From Hypanus sabinus (lineage: Eukaryota): DNA of 64,000 nucleotides. Positions 49,831 through 62,914 of this stretch are shown one piece after another. The notes below the pieces were generated by a model. It searched no databases. It saw nothing but the letters and a program-made list of their open reading frames with translations, and had not been told where the DNA came from. The DNA is taken from the NCBI RefSeq assembly GCF_030144855.1, contig NC_082715.1, positions 145,328,001 through 145,392,000 on the forward strand, written 5' to 3'. Every line of letters begins with the position of its first letter. The first letter of the stretch is position 1. Position numbers and translations under genes: made by a program.

Positions 49831-51269
49831 GTGGCGTTCTTGGACGAATCACAGAGGTAAATAATACGGATCGGGGATGAGGTCACTTCCTCCAAGAACA
49901 AAAAGGCAAATAAATGTTATTATCTTTCTTTTTACATAATGGCTTTCCAAATTGATGCAAGGTCGTTCTTTGCCTCAAACCGATTAAACGTTTTACAATC
50001 TTAGCGATTTCCTCGCCCAAAATAAAATAGTTGTCTCATAAACCACGGGAGCAATGTTTTCTTGTTTTAAAACAACGCGTTAGCACGTGATACGCTGACG
50101 TATTTGGAGTCCTTTCACAGAAGGCACTGGGAATCGAGTCTTGGAATATATTTAAGGCAGAGGAAGATCATTAGAAACCAAAAGAGTTTAGGCAGGAATA
50201 CGAAATAAAGTTTCGAATTCAGTCAGGCAGGATGCTTTTAAATGGTGAAGCAAACAAATTGAGAGCGACTTATATCTACTCCTACCTTTACTTTTCTGTC
50301 ACATGTCAATGAAGAGTTCTCATATTATTTCCTTCAGCACAATGGACTATGAAGCGGGGTAGACTCTATGGGCCGAATAGCCTAATTGTGCTCCAATGTC
50401 TTTTCTCCTTTTTTTCACGTTTGTCATATGTCTCTGCGCCGGTAGGGGGAAATGTTGCATCGCTTCAACCTCACATGGATTGTGGGAACCGAGGGGAAGA
50501 CAATCCTCGAAGCCCACGCCTTGAGTGCTGAGACCCCTCAGCCTTCGCATTGTATTTCATTTACAACGAATGGGTCCAACAAAGCCAAAAGAGGCTAGAT
50601 TTTCTTGAATACAGCCTGCTGCAACGCTAGCGCATGTAATTTCAATCCCATTGACTTTCCATTTCCCACGTTCAGTCGACTCAGACTGGGGCATCAGCGG
50701 CAACATGACGGCGGACAACGAAACATGGTTACGTGAATGAGCAACAGCAATCCCGACGTACAAGAAACATGAGACAGATGCCAAAGCATGCTCCCGGCTT
50801 CGCCCTCTGTCAGAACTCTGTTGATATCTCTAAAAGTCTTTAGCAATCAGTCAACTGGTAAATTAGATTAATGTGAGACAACTTTAAAAAAAGAAACTTC
50901 AATCCTAAAATCGACACAATCCTCATCAATTGGAAACACTAAAAGAAAAACAGACACTTCTGATAAAATGCAAGTTGCTGTACTTTAGCGCTCTTCGTTG
51001 TTCTCGGGAGAACGTGCCGGCGAATCCTGATCTCCGATCATGTGTAAATGTTTCGCAATCTCGGCGTCAGTGGTGGACAGGGCGCGAGAGGGAGGGGGAG
51101 ATGGCTGGTGAAACTCGGCCACTGATTTGGGGTCTTCAGCATTTTGTGCAGAACTGCGGAAACATTCTATTGTTGATTCCCCCGTCGGCGGTAAGGAGGG
51201 GATTTGTAACATAGAACAGAACATAGAGCAATACATCAGACGAACAGATCCTTCGGTGGTGTTCGTGGT

Positions 51270-52030
51270 TTTGCTTCTATTTCCTGCATACTCTTTTCCA
51301 TGCGTTGTCTCATCCCAGTTCTCTGTGTGCGACGCAAATGTTGCTCATCCAGATGCTGTATTTCTCGTCGAAGAAATGCTGCCACGCCATTGTTCTTCCC
51401 AACCATAACAACTGCCCTGTCTGACGTAAGCATAACCACCATTTGACTATCAACATTATTGCTGATATAAAATGCGTTCCTTGCTTCAACAATAGTGGTA
51501 CTGCCGCATGGGTTACTTGCAAAACACCGACAAATACAGTTTTAGAGAAGTTTTACTTTCGGTCGAAAGTTAAAATACAAGATTAACATTTTATGTACAG
51601 AAATGTCTATCCGTTCGTCAGCAGTTAGTGTACGGAAAGCAGATATCCTCAATTCTTCCACTATCAGTTTCTGAAGCACAAAGCTAATGCACAGAACAAA
51701 TACAAACGCATAATTCTTCCTGCCAATTATTTGCTAGGAATCCATGGAAACATTAATTTTAATTGCTAAGAAAATGTTATCATTACCATTGACGAAATCA
51801 GAATTAGATTTCTTCGTGGATTTTGTTTCATACTCTTTTGGAGTTTCAGTTAACAAGTGCAAAATTCCACATTTCATCGGGTTGCGTAACTTGGTAACTG
51901 CATCTACATGAATCCTCTGGTTAAGATATCATTTTATGTAATTTAACTTCCATGATTCCCATTTTTTCAGTACTGAAATAGTCTCCAACTTTCGCTTCTG
52001 CACAAATGGTGCGTACATCGCTAGTGTCTT
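51270..52030 (-). mobile_element. hAT-superfamily transposase fossil (ZNF862/C17orf113-like)
   Basis: Across frameshifts it reads TICAEAKV..KWESWKLNYIK*YL..H (Zn-finger-like), LTADERIDISVHKMLILYF (first catalytic Asp motif, 51614-51619), VMLTSDRAVVMVGKNNGVA and EQH/CVAHRE (CxxH). Confidence 0.75.
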
Positions 52031-52307
52031 GATATGTAAAGATAGCGCCATTTTTTTAAAGGTGAAGCCGGTTGCTCAGCACCTATGATTTCCCAGAGCC
52101 ATTCTACCTTAAATTTTGTACAAGCTCTGTTCTTCAAAGCATTAAACTCTTCCTCTGCTTTCCTTTTTCGACATCCTTTGGATACTAAAAACGGTAATAA
52201 TTATTATATGAGAATACTAAAACGTTATCATTATTACTATTATTTGAAAAAAATGCAAGGTAAGTCTAAAATTTATAATTTTATAAATTATAACCTGCTC
52301 TGCAGGT

Positions 52308-52945
52308 TGACTCTCTGGTTAAGAAAGCATAAGATGCATTTGGCCTTCATCAATCATGGGATCGAGTTTAAGAGCCGAGAGGTAATGTACAGCTAAATAG
52401 GACCCGGGTCAGATCCAACTTGGAGTACCGTGCTCAGTTCTGGTCACCTCATTATAGGAAGGATGTGGAAACTATAGAAAGGGTGCAGAGGAGATTTACA
52501 AGGATGTTGCCTGGATTGGGGAGCATGCCTTATGAGAATAGGTTGAGTGAACTTGGCCTTTTCTCTTTGGAGCGGCGGAGGATGAGAGGTAACCTGATAG
52601 ATGTGTATAAGATGATGAGAGGCATTGATCGTGTGGATAGTCAGAGGCTTTTTCCGAGGGCTGAAATGGCTAGCATGAGAAGGCATAATTTTAAGTTCTT
52701 CGAAGCAGGTCAGGGGTAAGTTTTTTAGGCAGAGTGTTGAGTGCGTGGAATGGGCTGCCGGCGACGTTGGTGGAGGCGGATACGATAGGGTCTTTTAAGA
52801 GACTCCTGGACATGTACTTGGAGATTAGAAAAATAGAGGGCCATGGGTAACCCTCGGTAATTTCTAAAGTAAGTGCTTTTTCGGCGCAGCATTGTGGGCC
52901 GAAGGGCCTGTATTGTGCTGTAGTTTTTATATGTTTCTATATTTA
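52308..52945 (+). mobile_element. CR1 3' fragment
   Basis: AQFWSPHYRKDVETIERVQRRFTRMLPG, followed by a 3' UTR and a degenerate TATGTTTC tail. Confidence 0.85.
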
Positions 52946-53369
52946 ATAAACTAATCGGTCATGCAACTATTGTATAGAAACGAACCTTACTTGTTCTAAT
53001 ATTTTAAATTTAAATAATTATTATTAGATTGTGGTTTTTTGGAGGATCACTTACCAAAATAAGTCAGAATATAGAATTTTTCATATCAAACAAATCTAAA
53101 TCACAACTCACAAATCAAGTAAACAATCTTGGCCAGTCAAAACAACAGACATGCACTGTGATAAAAATTGAATGTTTTGACTAGATGGTAACAATCAGCT
53201 ACTGACTTCTAATCTGTATTTATTGTTACAATTTGTAAGTGTTATAACTTGAAACACTAACAACATAAATACTTCGAAGCTGTAAGATGTAAAGGTTGTG
53301 ATATGCTTATTATTTAGAAAATTATAGAGTATATCCGTTAACACAATCAATTGCAGAGTTCCGCATTTC

Positions 53370-53900
53370 AAAGGTTAAAAAGGTTCAAAGGTTCAAGAGT
53401 TCGTTTTATTATCGAAGCAAAATACAATTCTGAAATGTGTCTCTTTTCCAGATAGCCATAGACTACAGAAAACCATGTAAGTAGTTGAGAGAAAGATATC
53501 AATTAACGCCTCTCCCCCGCACGAGAAGAATAAGAAACAAAACTCGCAACCCCAAGCTCACCCTCGCACAAAAACTAGCATTTCACCCAAACCCACAGCC
53601 ACCCCCCCCCCCCCCAATCCGCAACAAGAAAGAATGGGCGAGAACACCTGAAAAAAAAACATAGAATTGAAAGAAGCCAATGTGAACTACACTTAGTTTC
53701 AACTACAGTCTAATCCATAAATATCAGAATTTCGATAACACCTCCGAGAGCAGCGGGACCCAACGGCTCCACCGACGACAGCGACACGAACCGCTCGCTC
53801 TCCTCTGCATTTGCCTCGTTGTTTCAATCTATTTCGACACCTTAATCGGCGAGAAACGTAGTCGATCATGGCCCCTCGACTCGTCGCTGAGCTTTTCCTC
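53370..53900. repeat. Probable interspersed repeat, unclassified
   Basis: Starts with an AAAGGTT(C/A) microsatellite-like tail followed by TTTATT, as in other non-LTR 3' ends here. No coding motif recognised. Confidence 0.3.
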
Positions 53901-54089
53901 ATGGTAGCTCGTGCTCACATTTGTCTCACATTTTACAAATATATTAACAGAGATTTCAAAATCATATTAGCGTTTTTTCAAATTATGTTAACATTTAATA
54001 AAAGTACATTTCAGCTATGCAGCAACAAAAACTATGTGCACATGAGCATTTCAGTTACCGCGTGGCCGCACACCCACATACATTAGAGA

Positions 54090-54222
54090 GTGGACTCATC
54101 GAGGAATCAGATGCATTTAACCATTGCCAACATGCAATGGGAAGACGCCGCTGATTATTGCTGTGGTATGTGAGGCAATAGTAGATTTACCTTCGGAAAA
54201 GAAACCAAATTACATCTACACG
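54090..54222 (+). pseudogene. IGLV: Orphan Ig lambda VJ relic (FR3-CDR3-J only)
   Basis: VDSSRNQMHLTIANMQWEDAADYCCGM*GNSRFTFGKETKLHLH. The 5' half is missing, the 3' end abuts a CR1 tail, and no matching C exon is seen in the window. Confidence 0.85.
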
Positions 54223-57200
54223 GAAACATAGGAACATAGAAAATAGGTGCAGGAGTAGGCCACTCAGCCCTTCGAGCCTGCACCGCCATTCAGTATGATC
54301 ATGGCTGATCATCCAACTTAGAACCCTGTACCTGCTTTCTCTCCATACCCCTGATCCCTTTAGCCACAAGGGCCATATCTAACTCCCTCTTAGATATAGC
54401 CAATGAATTGGCCTCAACTGTTTCCTGTGGCAGAGAATTCCACAAATTCACCACTCTCTGTGTGAAGAGGTTTTTCCTCATCTCGGTCCTAAAAAGCCTC
54501 CTCTTTATCCTTAAACTGTGACCCCTCGTTCTGGACTTCCCCAACATCGGAAACAATCTTCCTGCATCTAGCCTGCCCAATCCCTTTAGAATTTTATACG
54601 TTTCAATAAAATCCCCCCTCAATCTTCTAAATTCCAGCGAGTACAAGCCTAGTCGATCCAGTCTTTCTTCATATGAAAGTCCTGCCATCCCAGAAATCAA
54701 TCAGGTGAACCTTCTTTGTACTCGCTCTATGGCAAGAATGTCTTTCCTCAGATTAGGGGACCAAAACTGCACACAATATCCAGATGCAGTCTCACCAAGG
54801 CCTTGTACAACTGCCGTAGAACCTCCGTGCTCCTGTACTCGAATCCTGTTGCTATGAATGCCATCATACCATTCGCCTTTTTCACCACCGGCTATACCTG
54901 CATGCCCATTTTCAATGACCGGTGTACAATGACGCACAGGTCTCGTTGATGCTCTCCTTTTCCTAATCGGCCGCCATTCAGATAATATTCTGTTTTCCTG
55001 TTATTCCCACCAAAGTGGATAACCTCACATTTATCTACATTCAATTGCATCTGCCATGAATTTGCCCACTCACCTAACCTACCCAAGTCACCCTGCATCT
55101 TCTTAGCATCCTCCTCACAGCTAACATAGTCACCCAGCTTTGTGTCATCCGCAAACTTGGAGATGCAGCATTTAATTCCCTCTTCAAAATCATTAATATA
55201 TATTGTAAACAACTGGGGTCCCAGCATTGAGCCTTGCGGTTCCCCACTAATCACTACCTGCCATTCTGAAAAGGTCCCGTTTACTCCCACTTTGTGCTTC
55301 CTGTCTGCCAACCAATTCTCTATCCTTATCAATACCATATCCCAATGGCGTGTGCTTTAAGTTTGCACACTAATCTACTGTATGGGACCTTGTCAAAAGC
55401 CTTTTGAAAATCCAAATATACCACATCCACTGGCTCTCCCCTATCCACTCTACTACTTAAATCCTCAAAAAAAATTTTATAAGATTCGGCAGACATGATT
55501 TTCATTTCACAAATCCATGCTGACTTTGTCGGATGATTTCACCGTTTTCCAAAAGTGCTGTTATCACACCTTTCATAACTGACTCTAGCATTTTCACCAC
55601 CACCGATGTCAGGCTAACAGGCCTATAATTCCCCGGTTTCTCTCTTGCTCCTTTCTTAAAAAGTGGGGTTACATTAGCCACCCTCCAATCCTCAGGAACT
55701 AATCCAGAATCTAGACAGCTTTGAAAAATTATCACTAATGCATCTACAATTCCTTGGGCTACTTCCTTACGCACTCTGGGATGCAGACCATCTGGCCCTG
55801 GGGATTTATCTGCCTTTAATCCCTTCAATTTACCTAACACCACTTCCCTACTAGCATGTATTTCCCTCAGTTCCTCCATCTCACTAGAACCTCAGTCCCC
55901 TACTATTTCTGGAAGATTATTTATGTCCTCCTTAGTGAAGACAGAAGCAAAGTAGTTATTCAATTGGTCTGCCATGTCCTTGTTCCCCATGATCGATTCA
56001 CCTGTTTCTGACTGTAAGGGGCCTACATTTGTCTTACCCAATCTTTTTTCTTTTCACATATCTATAAAGGCTTTTACAGTCAGTTTTTATGTTCCCTGCC
56101 AGCTTTCTCTCATAATCTTTTCCCCTTTCCTAATTAAGCCCTTTGTCTTTTTCTGCTGGACTCTGAATTTCTCCCTGTCCTCTGGTGTGCCGCTTTTTTC
56201 TGGCTAATTTGATGGTTCTTCTTTGGAATTGATACTATCCCTAATTTCCCTTGTCAGGCACGGGCGCACTACCTTTCCTGGTTTATTCTTTTGCCAAACT
56301 GGAATGAACAATTGTTCATCCGTATGATCTTTAAATGCTTGCCATTGCATATCCACCGTCAACCTTTTAAGTATCATTTGCCAGTCTATCTTAGCTAATT
56401 CACGTCTCATACCTTCAAAGTTACCCTTCTTTAAGTTCAGAACCTTTGTTTCTGAATTAACTATGTCACTCTCCATCTTAATGAAGAACTCCACCATATT
56501 ATGGTCACTCTTACCCAAGGGGCCTCGCACGACAAGATTGCTAACTAACCCTTCCTCATTGCTCAATACCCAGTCTAGAATGGCCTGCTCTCCAGTTGGC
56601 TCCTCGACATGTTGGTTCAGAAAACCATCCCGCATACATTCCAAGAAATCCTCTTCCTCAGCACCCTTACCAATTTGATTCACCCAATCTATATGTAGAT
56701 TGAAGTCACCCATTATAACTCCTGTTCCTTTATTGCACGCGTTTCTAATTTCTTTTTTAATGCCATCCCCAACCTCACTGCTGCTGTTAGGTGGCCTGTA
56801 CACAACTTCCACCGGCGTTTTCTGCCCCTTAGTGTTATGCAGCTCTACCCATATCGATTGCACATCCTCCAGGCTAATGTCCTTCCTTTCTATTGCGTTA
56901 ATCTCCTCTCTAACCAGCAACGCTACCCCACCTCCTTTTCTTTCCTGACTACCCCCCTGAATATTGAATATCCCTGGATGTTGAGCTCCCATCCTTGGTC
57001 ACCCTGGATGGTCTCTGTGATCACAACTATATCATATTCATCAATAACTATCTGCACATTCAATTCATCCACCTTGTTACGAATGCTCCTTGCATGGGCA
57101 CACAAAGCCTTCAGACTTGTTTTTACAACACTCTTAGCCCTTATACAATTATGTTGAAAAGCGGCCCTTTTGATTTTTGCCCTGGATTTGCCTGCCTGCC

Positions 57201-57750
57201 ACTTTTACTTTTCACCTACTACTTTTTGCTTCTACTCTCATTTTACACCCCTCTGTCTCTCTGCTCTTGTTCCCATCCCCCTGCCACATTAGTTTAAAGA
57301 CTCCTGAACAGCAGTAGCAAACGCTCCCCCTAGGACATTGATTCCAGTCCAGCCCAGGTGCGGACTGTCCTGTTTGTACCGGTCCCACCTCCCCCAGAAC
57401 TGGTTCCAATGCCCCAGAAATTTGAATCCCTTCCCCTTGCACCATTTTTCAAGCCACGTATTCATCTGAAATATCCTCCTATTTCTATTCTGACTAGGAC
57501 GTGTCACTGGTAGTAATCCAGAGATTATTACCTTTGTGGTACTACTTTCTAGTTTATCTTCTAACTCCCCTTGTAGGACCTCATCCCGTTTTCTACATAT
57601 ATCGTCGGTACCTTGTTGGTACGACCACTAGCTGTTCACCCTCCCACTCCAGAATGTCCTGCAAAACATCCTTGACCCTTGCACCAGGGAGGCTACATAT
57701 CATCCTGGAGTCTTGTTTGCGGCCGCAGAAACGCCTATCTACTCCCCTTA
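54223..57750 (-). mobile_element. Near full-length CR1 LINE (partial ORF1 SGNH-esterase, APE, RT, 3' tail)
   Basis: ORF1: CSLPGARVKD and WGRWDRYKQDSPHL. APE: GDFNLHIDW and GKSDHNMV. RT: KSPGPDGLHP, SGEPQGSMLGP and KFADDTKLG. CATAG(G/A)AA tail. Confidence 0.93.
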
Positions 57751-58259
57751 CATAGACGTTTCTGCGGCCGCAAACAAGCCGCAGTATTTATAGTATTTAT
57801 AGAGTTAAAGTTGCCATTTATCGACTCCTTTAGAAAAGACAATATAGTACACAGTTTTTCTTAAACATCCAGTTACCAAATGATCGTTAATTTATCCCTT
57901 AATCTTTACAACTTCCGGGGTGAAAATTTAACTAATTCTTTAAGTACTGACAAAGATCGGTTTGAGTGAAAAAAATTCTCTTCCATAAACCAGATTTATA
58001 TAATAATTAGCTGTTTGTTTCATGCGACTTTAAAAGATACTCGAACGCAACGTGTTCCTCAGATAAGTAAGGGAGTAAAACTGCGAAGAAGCTGCAGGAG
58101 CCATTTTTCAGTGGTAATCGCAACTGCGAGGATTTCTCGTTCAAAGTGGGGAGTGAAGGAAGGGGGCTCAAGGCTAGAACTGGCAAATGCCTGGTTGATA
58201 GATCCGACAGCAGATGAAGTGAAATAGGAGTAGAATTGAACCCTTTACGACATACAAAA

Positions 58260-58988
58260 AGAACAGAACAGAATCAGGCATGTGTCTTGAAATTTGTTAA
58301 CTTCGCAGCAGCAGTTCAATGCAATACATAATCTAGCAGAGAGTGAAAAATAATAATAATAAATAAAATAAAATAAAACATAATAATAAATAAACAAGTA
58401 AGTCAATTATGTATATTGAATAGATTATTTAAAATGTGCAAAAACAGAAATACTGTTCTTAAAAGAAGTGGGGTTGTGTCCAAAGCTTCAAAGTCCATTT
58501 AGGAATCGGATGGTAGAGGGGTAGAAGCTGTTCCTGAATCGCTGAGTGTGTGCCTTCAGGCTTCTGTACCTCCTACCTGATGATAACAGTGAGAAAAGTG
58601 CATGCCCTGGATACCGAAGGTCTTTAATAATCGACGCTGCCTTTCTGAGACACTTCTCCCTAAGGATATCCTGGGTACTTTGTAGGCTAGTGCCCAAGAT
58701 GGAGCTGACTAGATTTACAACCTTCTGCAGTTTCTTTTGGTCCTGTGCAGTAGCACCTCCATACCTGACAGTGATGCAGCCTGTCAGAATGCTCTCCACG
58801 GTACAACTATAGAAGTTTTTGAGTGTATTTGTTGACATGCCAAATCGCTTCAAACTTCTGATAAAGTATAGCCGCTGTCTTGTCTTCTTTATAATTACAT
58901 CAATATGTTGAGACCAGATTAGGTCCTCAGAGACCTTGACACCCAGGAACTTGAAGCTGCTTACTCTCTCCACTTCTGATCCCTCTAT
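58260..58988 (-). mobile_element. L2/Rex-Babar-like LINE 3' fragment
   Basis: FKFLGV..RQRLYFIRSLKRFG..VESILTGCITV..PGHALFSLLSSGRRYRSL..RFRNSFYPSTIRFLN, with an (AGAAC)n tail. Confidence 0.85.
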
Positions 58989-60039
58989 TCCGCCTCGATA
59001 CTATTGCCCAGTTTATTTCCACGTTTGCCTTGCGCCTCCATCATTCCATGTCTCATACCTTTAAAGTAACCAGAGCTTGGCTACTCATGTCTTACTACTC
59101 GTGTACTGTTCACAATCCCGCCACCGATTCATCTGTCCTGCAGACCTGTACTTACTACCCGTTCAGTAATGCCTCCATTTAAATTCTCGACCTTCTCGTT
59201 AAGGTAACACTCTTTTCCATCATCTCACTAATCTCTCTAATTTTAGGCCTTGATCTGATGCTAATTTTGGCAGTTTTGATGCTTTGCCGGGGGCGCCACT
59301 GCTTTCTGGTGTGTAAGTCAGAAAATGTACAACCTGCTTCTTAAATCTCTCCGCCTCGGGATATCTACTAGAAATTTCTAAAAAGCGATCTCTTTGTACA
59401 AATTTATGCCATGCTATATTACCATCTTCTTACGTGGCAGGGCCCAAAGTTCTGTTCCACTGTGTTCATGTGGGACGTATAATGCGGTGGAATGCCACAA
59501 TCGAATTAGTTGTCCTTGCTTGATGCCTATAAACCATTTAGAATTATTAAGAATTTATCTTTGATTAATCAGGTGTTTCAGAGAATGTGTTTGTGTTTCG
59601 CCTGAAAGAGAAAAGCAAGCAGGACGCCCGGTAGCCGGGCGAAGTACACAAGTTCAGAATGTAAGTCAGGTTGCACCCGACCTCAAAGTACGAGATTAAT
59701 ATCCTCTGGGCTGTAGGATTCTGTAAGCCTGAGTTGACATTGTCTCTAGAGTTGTTATCCCCGGCCGAGAAAGCATCACTGAAATTAATTTTCGGGATAA
59801 ATATGTACAGTTCAAATATAATATATTTAAATCAAGTCGCTTTAATTCCCAATATAACACTTCCGAGATTTGATAGCGATTCGCAGCCCCACAGTTAGTG
59901 CTGTGATATCCTGCGGCTGTTAGTCACATTCTCAGACAGATAAGGAAACAATACAATAAACAATAATACAATAAGTATTTTCTTTTCATTTGATATCAAT
60001 ACTGCAAACTTATTTTCAGAGGTTTCTCGCTTACTTTGA

Positions 60040-60745
60040 CACTGTGCTGAACGTGTCCCTACCTTAGAACTACCTAGGCTTTACCCATAGCCCTCTATTT
60101 TTCTATGTAGCCATCCAGGAGTCTCTTAAAATACCCTATCGTACCCGCCTCCACCACCGCCGCCGGCAGCCCATTCCACGCACTCACCACTCTCTGAGTA
60201 AAAAATTTACCCCCGCCTTCTCCTCTGTACCTACTTCCAAGCACCTTAAACCTATGCACACTCGTGCTAGCCATTTCATCCCTGGGGAAAATCCTCTGAC
60301 TATCCACACGATTAATGCCTCTCATTAACTTGAACACCTCTATCAGGTCACTTCTCATCTTCCTTCGCTCCAAGGAGAAAAGGTCGAGTTCACTCAACGT
60401 ATTCCATATGTCATGCTCCCCAATCCAGGCAACATTCTTGTAAATCTCCTCTGCACCCTTTCTATGGTTTCCACGTCCTTCCTGTATTCAGGCGACCAGA
60501 ATTGAGCACAATACTCCAAGTGGGGTCTGACCAGGGTCCTATATAGCTGCAACATTACCTCTCGGCTCTTAAACTCTATCCCACAATTGATGAAGGCCAA
60601 TGCGTTGTATGCCTTCTTAACCACAGAGTCAACCTGCGTCGCAGCTTTGAGTGTCCTATGGACTCGGACCCTAAGATCCCTCTGATCTTCCACACTTCCA
60701 AGAGTCTTCCCATTAATACTATATTCTATTTATGCTATATATCAT
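60040..60745 (-). mobile_element. CR1 3' fragment
   Basis: RPHLEYCAQFWSP..ERRKMRSDLIEVFK. Same subfamily type as 52308-52945. Confidence 0.85.
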
Positions 60746-61329
60746 ATTTGACCATATTTGGGGGGGGGGGGGAGGGGCTCGCGTGCGTCCTTTTCCCTTG
60801 CCTAGGAAGAACGGCTTTAGCTAAAGGAGAGGCCACAAGTGAACGGCCACCCCCAACGGGACTCCCAAAGCATCGAAATCATAAAAAGGAAAAGTTGGCA
60901 AGTTTCTAAAAATCTTTCTCTTGACTCCAACCAAAGGCTGCAGCCTGAATAAACTGAGTGACTTTTATATTTCATATTTTATAAATATATTTTATATTTC
61001 CATCGGACAATACATTTATCCCCTAGACAACGACAGAGCTATTTCTTATTGATTATTATTATTATATCCGCACTTTTAGATTTAGTATTGACGACGTATA
61101 TTATCTGTATGTTTGCATTGATATTATTTTTGTGTATTTTTACTAATAAATAAAAAATAGTACCATCAGACTTCAACAGACCTCTCTATCTTTGCTGGTA
61201 AGTGACCCAGTTACGGGGTTCCTAACACTGGAAATGAGAAGACTGGTATATTTGAACATCACGTGCCCTACCGCAACCACAAGAGAGACAGCAGAAGAGG
61301 AGGAAACATGCAAGACGCTGTAGGAATCC

Positions 61330-61505
61330 AAGAGGTCAGGCAGCATCTATGGAAAGGAACAAGGCGTCGATGTTTTGGGCCGAGACCCTTCATCAGGAGT
61401 CCTGATCTATTAATTACCTCATTTTATTCTTAACATCGACTCCTTATTCCTTTTCATAGATGCTGCTTGATCTGCTGAGCTCCTCCAGCATTTTGTGTGT
61501 GTTAT
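61330..61505. mobile_element. Inverted-dimer remnant of the hammerhead retroposon
   Basis: The forward arm AGGTCAGGCAGCATCTATGGAAAGGAA leads into a degenerate hammerhead (61366-61400). The reverse-complement arm TTCCTTTTCATAGATGCTGC..CTCCAGCATTTTGTGTGT lies at about 61447-61502. Confidence 0.7.
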
Positions 61506-62914
61506 GTGTCATATTCTATTAAGGAACAAATGCCCTTGTAAGTTGGTCTAGAAGTAAAGGAAATGAATATAAATTAAATACAAGTAATGATAAACAGACT
61601 TCCCTTAACATATCAAAATAAGGAATATATTAATGTCGAATATGGCGTGTTTATATAATTACATATAAAATACAGGGAAAATGATCCATTGTACATATTC
61701 GGTCAAAGCCAGTGTTCATGATTCACAAGAAACACCTCATTCCATAGCACATTAAATTCTATCAGTGCATAAACATTATTTTATACAATATGGTACATTA
61801 CAAGCAGAAATATAAAACTGAATCAGATCATTTTGAACTTGTGGTGAAATGCCAACACAAAAAATAGATAGATTGACAGATGCACAGATAGATACTTTAT
61901 TGTTCCCAAAGGAAATGACAGTCACAGTACTATTACAAATTTACAGATATAAATACATGGAGAATTAGAAAGAGTAAAAATTAGTTACCACAGCCTAACA
62001 GGAGTGGGTCATCACTTCCTCGGCTATAAGAGCCTAGTGGCTGAAGTTAAGAATGAGCTCATATAGCGTTCTTTGGAGAAGTGCAGTTGTCTAGTCTATT
62101 GCTAAACGTGCTCCTCTGTCCACTCTGGTCAGGAGTGCCAGGATTTTCCGTAGGGTCCTTTGTTCTAATGTTAAATGTTAAAGTATCAAACAATTTATCC
62201 AGAGGTAAAGAAGAAAGAAAATATATTTATCATTTTAAATCTGCTTCGGATTGTTTGTAGAAAGTGTAAAGTGTACAAAAGATAAATAAAAGAAAGGAAG
62301 AAGAAACAAGGCTATTACTTCAAAGTTAATATGGGATCTGGTATTTTATGGAATTAATTGAAATTACTGAGGTCAAGTTACTGATTTTCGGGATCTCGTG
62401 AGAGAGAGAGAGAAAGACTGTGCAATTTTCATTCTGCGATGAAGATGTTTAATCATGCTCCTGACGTCTCTCCTACATCACATCCTGAATTTCTGACAGA
62501 GTGTTCCTCCCATTCAATGTATTAGTTGCCTACCATGTCGCAATCCGGCAACTCGTTAATGAGGTCCCTTGGTTGTGATATTTGTTACCTCTGCAACCAC
62601 AATGGTTCTCAATCTACTTTCTATTGTATGCCAAATTGAACTTCGGTAGCACAATCATCATTATTATCTCCAATTTCTGATTTCTTGTTCCATTTATTTT
62701 CTTGCTTTCTATCTTATACTTCCAAAATTCGTTGTACTTCACGCAAGAAATACGGGAAATAGTTCAGGCATTTTTGCTTCACGTCATAGCATATCAAATC
62801 CCCTGAAAGAAAGTTTCTCTACCTGAACTACAGGTCACCCTTTTTAACAAAATTAACGGTTGCCAATTCACAGCAAATATGCAGCAAATATTTCATAACA
62901 GTGCAGCACATCAG

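Noticed and set aside
56204-56992. Longest ORF (262 aa) as a host gene
   Set aside because: It is the APE endonuclease region of the CR1 ORF2.
58488-58973. 161-aa ORF as an ALKBH8-like host gene
   Set aside because: This motif set is the C-terminal part of L2/Rex-type LINE ORF2 and is followed by a microsatellite tail.
59625-59641. GC hairpin CGCCCGG-TAG-CCGGGCG
   Set aside because: A 7-bp stem is expected by chance in 64 kb, and it has no supporting context.
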